The translations under genes were made by a program, and so were the position numbers. From positions 159,526,001 through 159,590,000 of the forward strand of contig OX597815.1 in the NCBI GenBank assembly GCA_951406725.2: DNA of 64,000 bases. The letters run 5' to 3'. This document shows positions 1-13,868 of the stretch, piece after piece. A model generated the notes under the pieces. It was not told the origin of the DNA, did no database searches, and worked only from the letters and a program-made list of their open reading frames with translations. The first letter of the stretch is position 1. Every line of letters starts with the position of its first letter. The stretch is from Octopus vulgaris. Taxonomy: Eukaryota.

Positions 1-768
1 ACTGAGACATGAGTAAGTTTATATTGTTAATTACTTGTCCCTCAAACAACTTGAATGTTCTTTCTCCAGAAGCTTTATTCTAGGTCTTATTGTTATCTTT
101 CTGGCTCTCTCTCTCTCTCTCTCTCTGTTTAACCTTTCAGCTTACTCTCAATTGATATATGCACCATTTTACATGTTTTAAACTCTGTATGTGTATCTAT
201 CTTTGTACATGTAGTTAGAGTTGCTTTGTGTGTATGTTTTTTTTTTGTTTCATAAGATAGTTATATATAGAGAGAAAGTACCCATGACCTTTACAGAATA
301 TCCCAGGTCTCTTCCAGAGGTGTATGTATGTGGCATGTTTGAGTGTATGTGTTGCTTGATTTTTATAGCTAACCCTTAGCATATCATTTCTTAAATTGGA
401 TGAATTATACTGATGCATTTAAAAAAAAGCAGCTTGTGGTATATTACTCTTTACTTTTCATCATTATCATCATCTAATTTTTTTTCCATGCTTGCATGGG
501 TCAGTTGAAATTTGTTTACACCATATTCCCGTCCTGTTGCCACACCACCACCTATTTCCAAGAAAGATAACATTTTCCCATACACAAATATGCTTTCCAC
601 AGAGGAATGAATAATCTTGCTTGTATAATGTTGATGCTCATTTACAACCACCGTATGATGTTTAGAGAAGGGCACTTACACACACATGCACTCACACACA
701 TATACATATACATGTGTGTGCATGTATGTATTTATTTATGTATGTATATATGTATGTATGTATGTATG

Positions 769-873
769 TCACTATTCAGTTTATTTCAAGATTTCTTGCC
801 AATAGAGAAAGAATCAGTTTCTAACCTAGATCCAAGGTTCCTTCATTAGAATTTCAATGTCAACAACAGGGTA

Positions 874-908
<35 letters not shown>

Positions 909-1505
909 GCATGCGTGCGTGGAGATTTGTATGTTTTATGTATGTATTCTCATCCATATAATCACATATCTAGACATGCTCATATATATTTAAATAATAA
1001 ACTTCTGGAAAGTTTTACAGATTTTTACAGTTCCAGTGATGGATTGGATCTGTAGTCTTCGAATTAGCTTTCTCCTTTCTGGTTTTGAGAAGCCTAATTT
1101 CTCAAGATTGGTATTTAGACAGTGTGTTACATATCCTAGGGCCCCAATATTTACAGGTATAAACCTGAACTTGTAATCTAGATAGAGTAACTGCAGATTT
1201 CTCAATAGTTCACCATAAGTGTTCTCTTTTTCACTGATCTTCAGCTTTATGTTAACATCCACTGGGCAGCTAATTTCCACAACTGTGCACAGTTTCTCTT
1301 CTCTATCCCAAATTATTATATCAGGTCTGTTGTGCTCACATTTTATTGAGGTCTTCACTGGTACATTCCACCAGTATTCCTTTTCATTATGAGTGGCTAT
1401 GGCTTCTATCATATTATGGGTTTTTATTTCTTTGCCCTCAGGATTATCCTTCCAACAGATTTCATTATAGAGTGACCTAGCTACAACATCATGTCTCATC
1501 GGTAG
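769..1505 (-). mobile_element. 5'-truncated R4/Dong-like non-LTR retrotransposon: restriction-like endonuclease domain plus 3' UTR
   Basis: The ORF at 990-1538 has RHD..., HNRPDIIIWD...VVEISCP, EK..Y and FIPVxIGALG, the C-terminal RLE (PD..D/E) motifs. The 3' UTR ends in (TACA)n. Confidence 0.85.
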
Positions 1506-1568
1506 TGTGAACTCCACAAAGTCTGCATTGGTTGTCACATTTTACAGCTTTCCCCCTCATCTCTATCC

Positions 1569-1599
<31 letters not shown>

Positions 1600-4500
1600 T
1601 GTATGTATGTATGTATGTATGTATGTACGTACATACGTACGACTTCTGGCAAAGAATTTTTGGTACATTATAATGTTTTAAAAATATTTTTTCTTAAATC
1701 ATATTAGCTATTTAAAAAAGATTTTGTAAAACAGATTAACAGAAACCTTTCTTCAATGAAGTTTTCATAATCTGTGTAAGCACTTTCTTTGTTCAGTTTT
1801 TGAAACACTTGTTATGGAGTAATCTGTATAGAGGAAGTTATGATTGCACTTCTTTCAGTTTCTGTCTACCAAATCCACTCACAAAGCTTTGGTGGTTTCT
1901 GGGGCTATAGTAGAAGACAACTTGCTCAAGATGCCATGCTGTGGAATTGAACCCAATATCACAAGATCACATGGTTGGGAAGCAAGCTTTTTAACCACAC
2001 AGCCACATTTTGTGGTTTGCTGTTCTAGTTTGATACATATAACCTTTCTTCAAATGATATAATCATCTATCAGTTATTACTGAATTCATTAAATATTCTT
2101 GTCTTAGACATTATGTATATTTCAACAAATACCAAAAAAAAAAAAAAAAGAAACTGGTTTAAGGATTTTAAAATACTCAGCTTATAGATAATTAAGATCA
2201 ATCATGATAGTGCTGGTTATTGTTTTAAAGAGTTAAAATATATATTGCAGTTTTATTTTATAACTTGCCATATCACCTCCTCTTGACTGGTCATCTTGGT
2301 GTGAATACTTTAAGTAGTAAGGTGAGCATGTAGGTCTGATTAGCATGTGTCACGATTATTCTAACTTCCAGACAAATATCTTGCAGTCTTGCAGTCCTTG
2401 CTATTTTTGAAACTCCTTAGCATGTTTACTATCTTAATTGAAAGTGTAATTAAAAGCATGAATTTTGATTCCATTGTTTATTGTTAGGTTGCAAACATGG
2501 CTGTGTAGTCAAGACATTTGCTCCCCAACCATTGCTCCCATTGTTTCAGGTAGGTAGTGGTATGGCTAAGTAGTTAAGGAATTTGTTTTTCAACTACATA
2601 ATTTTAGGTTCAGTTCCACTGCATAGCACCTCGCACTAGCATTTTCTACTACAGCCCAGGCTGACCGAAGCCTTGTGAGTTGACTTGGTAGATGGAAACT
2701 GTAAGAAGCTTGGTATAGATGTGTGTGAGGGGAGTGTCTGTGTGAGCATGTGTATATTTGTGCATCCTTGTCTAGACGTCAGATGATATCTGTAAATAAG
2801 TGTTGTTGTCATGCAAGTGGTGTTATTCATTTTCAAACTTCTGTGAAAACATGTCTGATTATGAGGAAATAGATAGGTATCTAACTCTAGAATATCGGCC
2901 TCCATGAATTACACTTGATCCATACAAGTATAGAAATGTGAACATTACAACAATGATGATGGTGATGATGCTTATTGTTTGGGCCTTTTGTTTTAAAACC
3001 CAAATGTTGTTTATTCTATGAGTATTATAATTTTTGTATGCATTACCTGTCCTCCACAGCAGAAGTGTTAATGCTATTCCCTGCCACTCAATGAAGAGGA
3101 GTGGCCTGTGGGAGCCCCGTACCTGTGCCACATTAAAAGCACTCATGCCAGTGTTATGTTGAAAGCACCCAGCACGCTCTGTAGGGTGGTTGGTATTAGG
3201 AAGGGCATCCAGTCATAGAAACCAAGTCAGTTCAGACTGGAATCTGGTGCAATTCTCTCCTGCTTGCCAGCTCTGATCAAACCATTCAACCCATGGCAGC
3301 ATGGGAAAACGTACATTAAAGGATGGTGAGGACTTTAAGATTGTATTGTCTTCTGATAGATGTGTTCCTATTTTAGCCAGATAATTGTAACTGAATCATG
3401 CTAATTACAGTTTAATTTTTCACTTATAAGCAGGTTTAGTTTGCTCTCTTCATCGAACCCATGTCATACTTGCAGAAAGAAAGTGATTACTGAAGGTCCA
3501 AGCTAGGACTTAATTTACTCTTTGAAATTTTGTAGTTCTAACAGTACGAAGGTGTGGCTGTGTTGATAAGATGGTTGCTTCCCAATCATGCAGTTTTGGG
3601 TTCAGTCCTACTGTGCAGCATCTTAGGCAACTGTCTTCTACAACAGTCCCTGGTTGACCAAAGCTTTGTGAGTGGATTTGGCAGATAGTAACTGAAAAAA
3701 AGCCCAACTTGTATATACCATCATCATCATTATAATCGTCATCATCATTTAACATCCATTTTTCATGCTGACATGGGTCAGATGGTTGGACCAGAGCTGG
3801 TAAGGCCAGGGGCTGCACTAGGCTCCATTGTCTGTTCTGGCATGGTTTCTATGGCTGGATGCTTTTCCTAATACCAAACCACTTCACAGAAAGTACAAGG
3901 TGCTTTAAACATGGCACCAGCATGAGAAAAAGAGAGGACTTCTTACAGGTTGGTGTTAGGAAGGGCATTTAGGATAGAAAGCAAGCCAAAGCAGACAGCT
4001 AGGATTGATGTTGTCTTTTGACATGCCTGTTCCTGTGGAACCATCCAACCAGTGCCAGCATGGTTAACAGGTGTTAAATGGTGATTACGATGATGATCTA
4101 TATGTATTTGTGCTTGACTCCCACCACTGCTTGACAACTGGTGTTGGTTTGTTTTCATTCCCATATCCTAGCAGTTCAGCAAAAGAGACCAATAGAATAA
4201 GTATCAGGCTTAAAAAATTTATTTTTAAATAACTATCAGGGTTGATTTGTTCACCTAAATCCTTCAGGGCCATGCCCCATCATGGCCACAGTCCAATGAG
4301 TAAAACAGTTAAAAGTAAGATAAGCAGTAACATTCTTTGAAAGGATTGGTTTCCAAGAATTATTAATATGCAATTTGCATGCTTGTATACTTAAGTATAC
4401 AAGCAAAATTAATATGCCATTTGCATGCTTGTATACTTAATATGTGCAGACAAAATACTCTGAAATTATCCACTTTACAATTTTATTTTACTCATGAGTG

Positions 4501-4636
4501 TTATTTGAGGTTGGACTTTACATTACTTTAGAAATTTGCATTTGCATTATCTCTTTATTCTATCATTTTCTCTTTTTAATTGTTGACATTATTTTTGTGT
4601 ACCATTTTCAAACTTACTGGGCATCTTTTTTAAATC

Positions 4637-6143
4637 TTGAACTTCTTAATTTACTGCAAAGTGTTTTTGTTCTTATTGATTATTTTCATAACCTTGTTGG
4701 TACAGATATCAAATTTCAAAACTTGAATTTTATTCCTAAGTTTTCCAGTAACTTGATCATAATTTGGGGGCTACTGTAGAATATATTTCTAAATTCTTTA
4801 CATTTTTGCTTGAAGTTAACATCCATTATGATATGTTTAACCCTTTAGCATTTAAACAGGCCATATCAGGCCCGAATATTCAACCTTGTTTTATGTTCAG
4901 ACTGGCTACCTGCAGTGTCATTCTAAAAATAAACAATAATTTCATCAAAACCTTGAAGCTACATAATGATCAATTCAATTCAAAATGACGGGAATCAGTA
5001 AGCATCACATTTGATAGCAACATCTGAATGACAAAGGGTTAAAACTATTCTGTGAACCTTATTTTATTGGCCCTAGAGTGATAGAAAGTATTGTTAAACT
5101 TAACCATAATTTGAACTTCAAAATGTAACGGAGTGTAACTAAATATTGGTTTCAAATTTTGGCACTAGGCCAGCAATTTCATGGGAGGGATAAAGTCAGT
5201 TACATTGACCCCAGAAGTCAACTGGTATTTATTTTATTAACCTCTAAATGAATGAGAGGCAAAGTTCGTCTTGGCAGAATTTGAACTCAGAATGTGATGA
5301 CAGACAAAATGCAGCTCAGGTCCCAGTGAATCAGCTATTGGCTGTAATTCTTCCACGTTTTGGTAATAAAACAAGAAAAATAAACACTTCCTTTTATAAG
5401 AGTGGCTGTTGTGTTACTTAGCTCCAGATCAGCATTTGCTGAGGGGACCTATGATGAAAGGTCTTCCAGTCTTGACCATCTCATCCTGTCGGATAGGTAT
5501 TGCATATTTAGAACTATGTTATCCAATAAATCCATCATGCTTTCAAAGATGGTAATATGTGATATTTCCCTGATATTTCTAGCAGATCAAGCCACCTTGT
5601 AGAGACTCCCTTGTTGGCTCATTTGTTAGGAATATTCATTGTTTTGTTGAAATCATTCTCAGAATATCAGTAATTAAAATTGCTAGAACATACACTCGTT
5701 GTTGGGATGTTGAAGATATTTGGTAAAATAGGGAACACACTAGTTTCATATTCAGACAAGTAGCACAGGGAGGTGTCATACTCCTGAGCTGCATAGTAGC
5801 ATTGTCAGCAACTGCTACAAAGACAAAGGAAATGCTCTTAACCCTTTATCCAAAGCATTTTCATGTGTTTCTCCTAAATGTCCTTCCTTGTTTTTGGACT
5901 TTTAGTTAGTCCTTGTTTTGTATGTTCTGAATAATATAAAGTTTTCCTTTTATAAGTCCCAAGTTACCCTGGTAGTTGGAAAAAAGTGGGAATGTGTTTT
6001 GAACTTCTTAATTTACTACGAAGTATTTTTGTTCTTATTGATTATTTTCATAACCTTGTTGGTACAGACATTAAATTTCAAAACTTGAATTTTATTCCTA
6101 AGTTTTCCAGTGACTTGATCATAATTAATTTGGGGGCTACTGT
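4637..6143. repeat. Local direct duplication: 4637-4777 and 5999-6143
   Basis: About 140 bp of near-identical sequence (ttgaacttcttaatttact...gggggctactgt) occurs twice, 1.36 kb apart. Confidence 0.9.
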
Positions 6144-6229
6144 GTATCATATATGATGTATGGATGTTATGGAAATATGTTCTGTGCATCTACAGATGCC
6201 TCAGACAAAAATATCAGAAAGCATTTTAG

Positions 6230-6730
6230 TACAACTGATTAGGAACATAATTTGCTTTGATGAGGATTGTATTTCAGATTTATGACAAGATGGAATTCTA
6301 TCAGTATTCTTTTCTTAGTAGCACAACTACAGGGAAAAAGTTCTTTGCTCAGTGCAAGTCATGATGCCTAAAATATGTTGATATGAAAAAGGCATTTGAC
6401 AGAGTACTACATTGTCTAGTAGAGAGATAATTAGGTATGTAGATGAATTGCTTGTGGAGGGAGAAACACCCTGCGTCACTGAGTTACCTTAGCAAAATGA
6501 AAATAAGCGAGTTCATCAAGAAATTTATTGTGTGGTTAAGTGTCCACCAGGGAACAATTCTTGACCCCTTTCCTGATTATTATAGTAGTCCAGGCCATAG
6601 TAAAGGAATTTAAAACTGGTTGTCCCTGGAGATTTTTGAATGTCAAAATAACCTAGTTTTCATAGCTGAATCTGTCAAATATTTAGAGAAGAAATTCCAA
6701 ATGTGGAAGCAAATCTTAGACTCAAGCAAC
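6230..6730 (+). mobile_element. Degenerate RTE-clade LINE reverse transcriptase fragment
   Basis: Frameshifted motifs DMKKAFDRV, VHQGT.L.P, EFKTGCPW and AES...LEKKFQMWKQ.L. Confidence 0.75.
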
Positions 6731-8691
6731 ATAAAATAACAGTGATTATTGAGATGATTGCATTTTGTGAACAACAGTGTCATTGGCTATGTTTTTCTAA
6801 TGGACTAATTACTGGTACACAATATTTGATATGAAAGTAACAAAGGTACATCAGTGGCGATAACAAATACCATAGTACTTTCTTTTTGGAAGTACTTGTT
6901 TACTGGTTTTCTTGCTGACGTTTATTGTTTTCAGCAATATCCATCAGGAACAGTGTACAAACATGCACACACACACACGCACATGCACACACACGCATGC
7001 GCAACAGGATTCTCCACAGCTTTTGCTTTTTAAACACTACTCACAGGGCATTGGTTAGCCCTTACGCTATAGTAGAAGACACTTGGCCAAGATGGCATAC
7101 AATAAGCTCTAATATCAGCCATGTGATTGCAAAGAAAACTTCTTAACCATACAACTAAGCCCTGCCCACTTAATTAACAAGTCTTAGGTTTTCCTGGGAT
7201 TAAACTCATAGATTTTCCTCAGCATCCAGACAGCTTAGCAACAAGGTCATAATTTTGTTATATATAAAATCTATTATAGTATTATATTATAATAGATGAA
7301 TAGCATAATTTCCTATTCAACCCCTTAGCATTCATATTACTCTATCAAATGTAATGCTCATTTATTCACATTGTTTTGAGTTAATCATGCATTACTTTGT
7401 AGCTTTGAGATTTCAATAATGTAATTGTTTATTTTGAGAATGACATTGTAGAGTAACTAAGAATCTAGTCAATTTGAACATAAAATAAATAGAATATTTG
7501 GGCTATGTATGGCCAGTTTAAATGCCAAAGGGTTAAGTATTTCACATCTAATGTTAAAAGTTCTTACCCTTAAGCTTGATATTTACAATCGAATTGGCTT
7601 CTTTACAGTAAAAACCCTACTTACATCTTAAGTCAACATTCAGTCATTTTATCAACGGCTTCAGGTGCTGTTTAACTGTATCTCTGACTAATCTCAGTAA
7701 TCAGGCTTATGTACTACCACTCTTAATGGAACCCATAAAAAATGATGACATTAATGTATTGAACACCATGGCATGACCAAGGGTCTTAATTGCCATATTA
7801 TCATGCATTTGCATACACATAGCTTTTGTAATGTCTCTTTTGTATTTCAGTGTCTATCATTGCTGGTATTAGCTGAGGCCTGTATGCCGCTTAAATTCAG
7901 GCTTAAATTTATTTAGAGTTTTGCATCAGAAATATGTGTAGGAATTGGGATGAAGAACTGACAACGGTTTAATTTTCTGTTCTCAGTTACGTTACTTGTC
8001 ACATAATCTGTTGTTGATTTGATTACTTCTGTCATTGACAACCATACTTTATTACAGAGCAGACTTTAAATTCGTTGTTATTGTTTTTTTTCTTAGCCTT
8101 TTCTTATATCCATATCTACACAAATACAACGAATATATAGAACTCTATTCCTGGTTTTGACTAAATCCTAAGAAAGATCCAAAAAAAAAAAAAGTTTAGT
8201 ATAGAGCTAAATATATAGTGTTCACATGGATAAGTTTTTTCACCACAAACACTATAATAAGATGGATATATAGATATGGATATATATAAAATGTCAATCA
8301 TTCCTTCATTGATTGGTTTTGCTGGATTCTAGAGTCCCAGTGGTCCTGTAATTTCTACTTCACTGCACTGCTAACTTTTAATTTGGTTCGAATATAAAAG
8401 TGAAGAATATAGCTGTAGTTTTCAATTTTGTGTCACTAGGGATGTCTGCATGCTCCAGTTGTGGATAGCGTTAACCTTCTATTACTCATTTTCATTTCAT
8501 ATTGGTTATTACTTTTTCCTCCCTCAAGCATTCCATTGAGTAATTTTTCCTGTTGCATTCTACTGAAGATAAGCACAATATTTCATGAGAAGTTTAATGT
8601 CAGTGTAGTGTACAGACACAGATGGATATGTATATAATGTATATAATATGTATATAATGTATATAATGTATCTGTGTGTGTGTGTGTTTTG

Positions 8692-8726
<35 letters not shown>

Positions 8727-9167
8727 CATATACACTAGCATCATGTACGCCAGCATGGAAAATTGATATTCAATGATACACACACACACACACACACACA
8801 AATGTGTGTGTGTAATCATAGAAGTAATATATTCCACTTAGCCAAACCCTGCCTGAAAATGTCGATCCAATAAATAAATGAGAAATATTTTTAACAAAAA
8901 ATCCAAATTAATCCATCATAAATATTTGGATCTGCTGGGATCTGTTTTGGAATGAATAATTCATCTCTTTAGACACGATACTCCAAGTTATTAAAAGTTA
9001 AGTAATAAGAGGTAATAAAATATTCCTTTTCTTTAGGGATTTTCTTGTATGGATTATAAAAATATAGGTTGTTTTAAAATTACTTCTAGTTATGGTAGAA
9101 CAGAAATATATTAACCACTGAATATAACAGGGATACAAAAATAGTATTCCTTATTTTTATATAGTTA

Positions 9168-9553
9168 CTAACAGTATTGCCTGGCGTTGCTCGGGTTTGT
9201 TTCAACCCTTTAGAATTGGAATTTTTGAAAAGTAAAAATTTTGCATTATGTAGCTTGTTATTCTCTTTAAGTGAACATTTTTCTGGTTGAAATACACCAA
9301 AAAATGGTGACACAGCAGTCAAAAATTCGTAAAAAATTAGGATTTTCATAGAAAAAAAGCACCTTTTTGATGTTAATAATTTTTGGTCTTAACATGGTCC
9401 AATTTGAATTTTATCTTCTACGAAATGAATAGCAAGCCTTCTTCTATCATACTTTCAATTTTGGTCAACTTGCGCTGCAGAGTCTCGGAGGAGATAGTGT
9501 TAGTTGAAGGCTACCAAACCTGCCACACACAGACAACTTCAGCTATATATAGA
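9168..9553 (-). mobile_element. Non-autonomous Helitron (386 bp)
   Basis: The minus strand starts A|TCTATATATAG and ends ...ACCCGAGCAACGCCAGGCAATACTGTTAG|T. It has a subterminal GC hairpin, a near-CTAG end, and an insertion between A and T without a TSD. Confidence 0.8.
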
Positions 9554-10574
9554 TTAAAATAGCTAAACTACTGTTATAACCAGGAATAATTTCCAATGTC
9601 CCATGTTACTATAGAATTATTGGTTAGTCAGATGGTTATTAATTGTAGTAATGTATATCAAGTATTAGTTAAAGAATGAAGCACCTCTATAAAAGATAAG
9701 TATACCCTTATGGAAAAACTGGAATCTTTTCTTAAGGTTTTCTTACTTGAAAATGCACAATTTTAGTTTTGGGATTTTCATAAAACACTTGTGATGTTTC
9801 GTTTTTCTGGGTGTATTCTTACAGATCACTGCCATGGATGCCTTTTACATGTCACCAGCACGTTAACTTATGATAAAAAAATTTTTTACGTGAAACTGAG
9901 AGATTGTTCAATACTTACGGAGAGTACATATTTATTTATTATTCAACAGAATACTATTGACAGTGACTTTGAAATTTTGGTTTATCAAGCCATTGTCAGA
10001 TGGTGATCAATACTATTCTTGTCAAAGAATGAATACACACACAAACACACACATACCTGTGTGTATGTGTGTGTGTGTGTATAAGTATGTATATACACAT
10101 GCGTGTGCATATATATATCCATCCATCTATATATACACATATGTACATGTATATATATCTTCATGAATGTAAACTTCAAAAGTATAACATTAGTGGTGTT
10201 TCTTATTTCTAATTTTGATTTGAGAAAATTATTACATTTCTTTATCACTTTCATTTCAACTGTTCAGATTCAGGTTTGGTGGGGAAAAATAAAATTGATT
10301 TCCTTTACGGTATATTGGTTTTTAACTTTTGTTCCTAATCAACATAGAAATTTGACATGAAAGGATTAATTTCATTAATAATTACATTATTAATGAAAAG
10401 GAGTTCTTACCAATTCTTTGAACAAACAAACTAGTGATTCAAAATAAAAGGGAAATTGAAGTCTAATATTGATTTCTTCCATTGGTACAAGACCATACAT
10501 TTCTAAGCAGAAGGATATAGTCAACTAAATCAATTCCAGTATACTTTATACTAAATATTTTATCGACTCTAGAG

Positions 10575-10690
10575 CAGTAGACCCCCATCCTTTTTTTTTT
10601 TTGCACCATAGAATTGTTTCATGGAAGACAATTTTTCCGCAGATAGAGGATCACCTTTGCAATACAACACAATAAAGTGCATAATATTTA
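10575..10690 (+). mobile_element. hAT/Charlie-like transposon 5' end fragment
   Basis: cagtagacccccatcctttt...gcacc...gtttcatggaagacaatttttccgc resembles MER1/Charlie termini and is preceded by ctctagag, a Charlie-type target site. Confidence 0.5.
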
Positions 10691-11869
10691 ATTTGATTCT
10701 TACATGTGTTATATACATGTGTATAAACTTAATACCACACCACACACCACTACCACATACACCACCATACCACACAACACATCACATCACAATGCACCAC
10801 CATGCACACACTAGCACTGACAACTTCCCAGACAAACATTTTCACACCTACACATACACACACGCACACATCAAGATCACCTGCCCTCTTCCACACGCAC
10901 ATACAAACTCTCTTATACACACGCACATACACCTTTGTTTTGGGAGCACCACTACTTTTAAAATGCTTTACCAGTTTCAGTCATAAGACAGTTGCATGGC
11001 TACTGTCTTATGACTGAAACAGGTAAAGCATTTGTTTTGATTTATCCATATTTTAAAATTCATTTTCCTCCTTACAAATTGTATAGAATTAGCTTCTTAA
11101 AGTTATGACCTTTGGTTTTGCTTATTTTCTCTAACTCATAGATTCACATTGTCTCTATCTGTCTCACTCCCTCTCTCTCTCTCATTTAAAAATTTTTATT
11201 GATGCTAATGCCTTTTTTTTTATCTAGTAATAATGTTTAATGTTGGGTTTTCAAGTTCTAAGATATTTCTTCAGTAAATAAATGTTTTTCTCTCATATGT
11301 GATATCAGTAACATATAACTGTTAATCACTTTGGCAGTGGGACACCAAATGCAACAGTTATATGTTACTGATTGATGTAACAGCTGTAGTAGTGATTAAT
11401 ATTGGTAGCTAGTTAGTGAAGATTTCATGGGACAGTTTGTTTTCACTCTTGGATGTCACTTGTCTATCTCTTTCTAGCATCCACTTCTGACACAAACATT
11501 ACCTTAAAAGTTGCACAAGTCAAAAGGCCATACACAGTGAATGTATTAGGCTGACTCTCAGTTTATCTTTAACCTTAACACTAGGAAACAACCAATTGTT
11601 ACCGACTCTGTACACTGTTGATAATGAGACAAATTGTGATGGATAAATAAAATCTGTAAGAAGTTATTTTATCTTTCTCACAATTCATTTTGGTGCCTAC
11701 CTCACCAACCCGCGAGCTCCTTATTAACCAGCTACCAATAATAATCACCACAGCATCTGTTACATATCTGTTATTAGATATGAAACAGTTAAAATATCCA
11801 TTAAAATCTCATTCTGGACTGAGTAATGCATTTTAACAGGGTAAATGGTATTTTATTTTCTTATTTCAG

Positions 11870-12011
11870 TGAAAATTTCACTATCCCGGAACTACCATAT
11901 GGACAAGAACTTGTCATTAACATCAAGACGACATGGGGTGATAAACATTATGTTGGACTCACTGGAATTGATATTTTCTCAGAAAAGGGTGAATCTGTTA
12001 CAGTAAAAAAA
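11870..12011 (+). CDS. KATNIP: KATNIP/KIAA0556 internal exon A (ENFTIPELPYGQELVINIKTTWGDKHYVGLTGIDIFSEKGESVTVKK)
   Basis: Acceptor ttatttcag ends at 11869 and donor gtaagt starts at 12012. The peptide matches the KIAA0556 (DUF4457) repeat motif IPxLPxGxxLxIxIxxTWGDxHYVGLxGIxIF as I recall it. It ends in phase 0 and joins the next exon in frame. Confidence 0.93.
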
Positions 12012-12519
12012 GTAAGTGTTGCTACTTCTGCTAATGTGTTTAATTATCGTAATTTTCTTATTTTTAGTATCTTTATATCAATTTAATATTTGAGGGTTGT
12101 AAAATAAGATTACGTTTTGGGATTTGGTTTGCAAGATTTTTTTATATGAGTTCGTGTGTTGAAGCATATTCTATTGTGTCTGGGAAGAGTCATTTTCTTT
12201 TTGTGCCTTATAATTTAACTCACTCACCGGTAAAATTTCCACTTATTTCTTATTTTTATTTTCCTAAAATTTTCGTTGCATCTTGCATCCTTTTCAATAG
12301 TCTTGACTCTGTCTGTTATTTACACTGCGTTCCCTTTTGTTTGTTTGTGCGCATGTGTGTGGGTCAGTGCATGTATGTATATATGTGTGTGTATGCATAT
12401 GTATATATGTATGTATGTATGTAAAATAAGACTTTATGTTACTTCTTAGATTATTCTTTTACTAATTTTAGTCAACTAACTAGCCATGTTAGGGCTCTCT
12501 CTGGATAAAGATACCTAGA

Positions 12520-13150
12520 CAGGCACACTGTCAGTTACAACTATGACGGTTCCAGTTGATCCAATCAACAGAACAGCCTGCTCGTAAGATTAACACTCAA
12601 GTGACTGAGCACTCCACAGTCATGTGTACCCTTAATATAATTCCCTGTGAAATTCAGAGAGACACTGAATGTGAAAAGAATGAGCTTTTGAATTACAGTT
12701 ACAACTCATTGTTGCTGGCTGTGTGGACTGGAGCAACATGAAATAAAGTGTCTTTTTGCTCAAGAACACAATGCATTGCCGGATATCAAACTCACAACCT
12801 TCCAATTATGAGCTGAATGCCCTAACTACTTAAGGAGCACTCCGTCGGTTACGACGAGGGTCCCAGCTGATACGATCAACGGAACAGCCTGCTCGTGAAA
12901 TTAATGTGCAAGTGGCTGAACACTCCACAGACACGTGTACCCTTAACGTAGTTCTCAGGGAGATTCAGCGTGACACACAGTGTGACAAGGCCGGCCCTTT
13001 GAAATACAGGTACAATTCATTTTTGCCGGCTGAGTGGACTGGAGCAACATGAAGTAAAGTGTCTTGCTCAAGGACACAATGCGTCGCTTGGAATCGAACT
13101 CACAACCTTACAATCGTGAGCCGAATGCCCTAACTACTAATCCACATGCT
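12520..13150 (-). mobile_element. Two tandem copies of tRNA-derived SINE family D. Relatives near 14010-14170, 19000-19315, 24700-25020, 35900-36190, 50760-51030
   Basis: An about 315-bp unit is repeated. The minus-strand head tagtagttagggcattcggctcacgattgtaaggttgtgagttcgattcc is followed by gtgtccttgagcaagacac. Confidence 0.85.
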
Positions 13151-13157
13151 TTTACGG

Positions 13158-13274
13158 ATGCCTACAGCACCTAGATTTCCTATGCAGTCACCCATCTAAG
13201 TACTGACTATGCTTGATGTTGCTTTAACTTCAGTTGTTGATCAAGAACTGATGTTTTCAACAATATAGATGGTA
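13158..13274 (-). pseudogene. Degenerate 5S rRNA copy (pseudogene or 5S-derived SINE head)
   Basis: The reverse complement reads ...gttgaaaacatcagttcttgatcaacaactgaagttaaagcaacatcaagcatagtcagtacttagatgggtgactgcataggaaatctaggtgctgtaggcat. It is colinear with metazoan 5S rRNA (AGTTAAGC A box, AGTACTTGGATGGG C box, GGTGCTGTAGGC end) and has many substitutions. Confidence 0.85.
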
Positions 13275-13835
13275 ATTTACTAAAAAAAATGTGCTCGTAG
13301 ATAAAAAAATCCCCCAAAATAACAAAAAAAAACCCATAGAAATCTCAGGAAAATACCTCTTTTTAGAGAGTTTCTTTACTTTGAAGATGATTTAACTTTG
13401 AAATTCATGTTCCTCTAGTTTTGCATAACATTCAAGTTGTTCCTATTTTAGCAACAAATTCTTTTTTTTTTTTGTTTTTATGGTAAGAAGCTTGCTTTCC
13501 AGCTACATGGTTGCGAGTTCAGTCCCACTGTATGGCACCTTGGGCAAGTCTCTTCTACTATAGCTTTCGGCCAACTAAAGCCTTGTGAGTGGATTTGGTA
13601 GACGGAAACTGAAAGAAGCCCATCGTGTGTGTGTGTCTGTTTGTCCACCCACATCACTTGACAACTGATGTTGGTGTGTTTATGACCCCCATAACTTAGC
13701 GGGTTTGTCAAAAGAGACCAATAGAATAAGTACTAGGCTTACAAAAAATAAGTCCTGGGGTCGATTTCTTCAACTAAAGGTGGTGCTCCTGGATGGCCAC
13801 AGTCAAATGAATGAAACATGTAAAAGAATAAAGGA

Positions 13836-13868
<33 letters not shown>

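Noticed and set aside
11478-11553. Possible upstream KATNIP exon (STSDTNITLKVAQVKRPYTVN) after ctttctag
   Set aside because: The available donors are weak and in phase 0, whereas exon A needs phase 2, and there is no convincing homology. No upstream exon could be supported in 1-11869.
13158-13274. Functional 5S rRNA gene
   Set aside because: It has many substitutions, a degraded 5' end, no T-run terminator, and is not in an array.
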